Shown: positions 63,131-64,000 of the stretch, in pieces
Layout of the letters: the number at the start of each line of letters is the position of its first letter
Position numbering within the stretch: the stretch's first letter is position 1
Source: Lama guanicoe
Taxonomy: Eukaryota
Reading direction: 5' to 3'
Length of the DNA: 64,000 bases
Assembly: GCA_013239625.1 (NCBI GenBank)
Contig: MU053216.1
Location: 2,260,943-2,324,942, forward strand
Notes under the pieces: generated by a model
The model's database searches: none
Seen by the model: only the letters and a program-made list of their open reading frames with translations
Told to the model about the DNA's origin: nothing
Program-made: the position numbers and the translations under genes

Positions 63131-64000
63131 TTCTGATTCTGGTATCTCCATGCTCCAGTTAGATGTGTCTTTTCAAGTAAACGCAGTGCCTGGCCGAACC
63201 GCTCTCTGCTTCACCGCTGGCAAGAGCTGGCTTCTTACCCAAGTCCGTCTCACCCCGTTCCTCGTGATCCATCACAGCGGTTGCTCTTAGCCTTCATCAC
63301 TCACATTTTACGATGACCTTGTCTAGTGATGAAATAGGATGTACAAACCAGCGTGGCCTCCCTATTCTGTACGTGTTCAGCGGTGGTTTTTTGGCCACAA
63401 GGGGCATTTTTTAATATTTATTGCTATCAGATTGCCTCATATTAGGTTTGACTCACCATCAGTCTACCCTGATGGCAACGTATTAATCTGGTATATAACA
63501 TACTCCATTCCATTTATAACGTATTTTGGAGATTTTAAAGGGGAGACTCGAAGTGCAGTTTTATTATCATCTTCCCAATCTTAGACTTAAATTTTTTCTA
63601 TCAAAGTGTGTTCATTTTTTTTGGTATAAAAATAATTTTATTTGACAGAGGAGTTAGAAGCAATAGATTAAGAAATTCAGGTTTTCTTTGTATCATCTCT
63701 TGTCAGTGACAAACAGCAACCATGTCTTTTTTGGCATTAGCATACATTTATTTTCTTTATAGAACTTCATCATTAACTATAGTTTTTTCTTATTTGCTTG
63801 CTTGTTTATTGCCTTTATTCCCTAGTAAAGTGTAGTGTATGGGAGTTAAAATTTTTCATCAAGACAAAGGATTTTGAAAATTTTGATTTTTTTCCAAAAG
63901 GAGGCTATCCAGGTATTTTTGAATCTCCACAACATCATATTTATTTGTCAAGTTTGCGTATCGCATCCAGAAAATGCCCTTCATTTTTTTGTAGCAGGCT

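Overview
Mammalian nuclear DNA, most likely camelid, because of a Vic-1-type tRNA-derived SINE with target-site duplication at 19866-19956. I recognise no protein-coding exon, RNA gene, NUMT or processed pseudogene, so the window looks intergenic, deep-intronic or lncRNA-type. A large fraction is interspersed repeat: many LINE-1 pieces (ORF1/ORF2 remnants, short 3' tips, several internally deleted copies), L2, MIR, MaLR (MLT1) and ERV1 solo LTRs, an ERVL integrase remnant, a MER3 DNA transposon and microsatellites. The only recognisable ORF-track proteins are broken L1 ORF1/ORF2 fragments. Several CpG-rich patches occur (about 13.0-13.9, 23.6-24.3, 52.6, 54.4-55.0, 56.9, 62.8-63.1 kb). Most notable observations: (i) local runs of AT-to-GC change inside old repeats, consistent with GC-biased gene conversion; (ii) two head-to-head L1 junctions breaking at nearly the same ORF2 position; (iii) several L1s with large internal deletions, two fusing the 5'UTR directly to the 3' end; (iv) weak, unverified exon candidates. 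I found no convincing evidence of a new biological system. Repeat family names come from recalled consensus features, not from a database search, and most boundaries are approximate.
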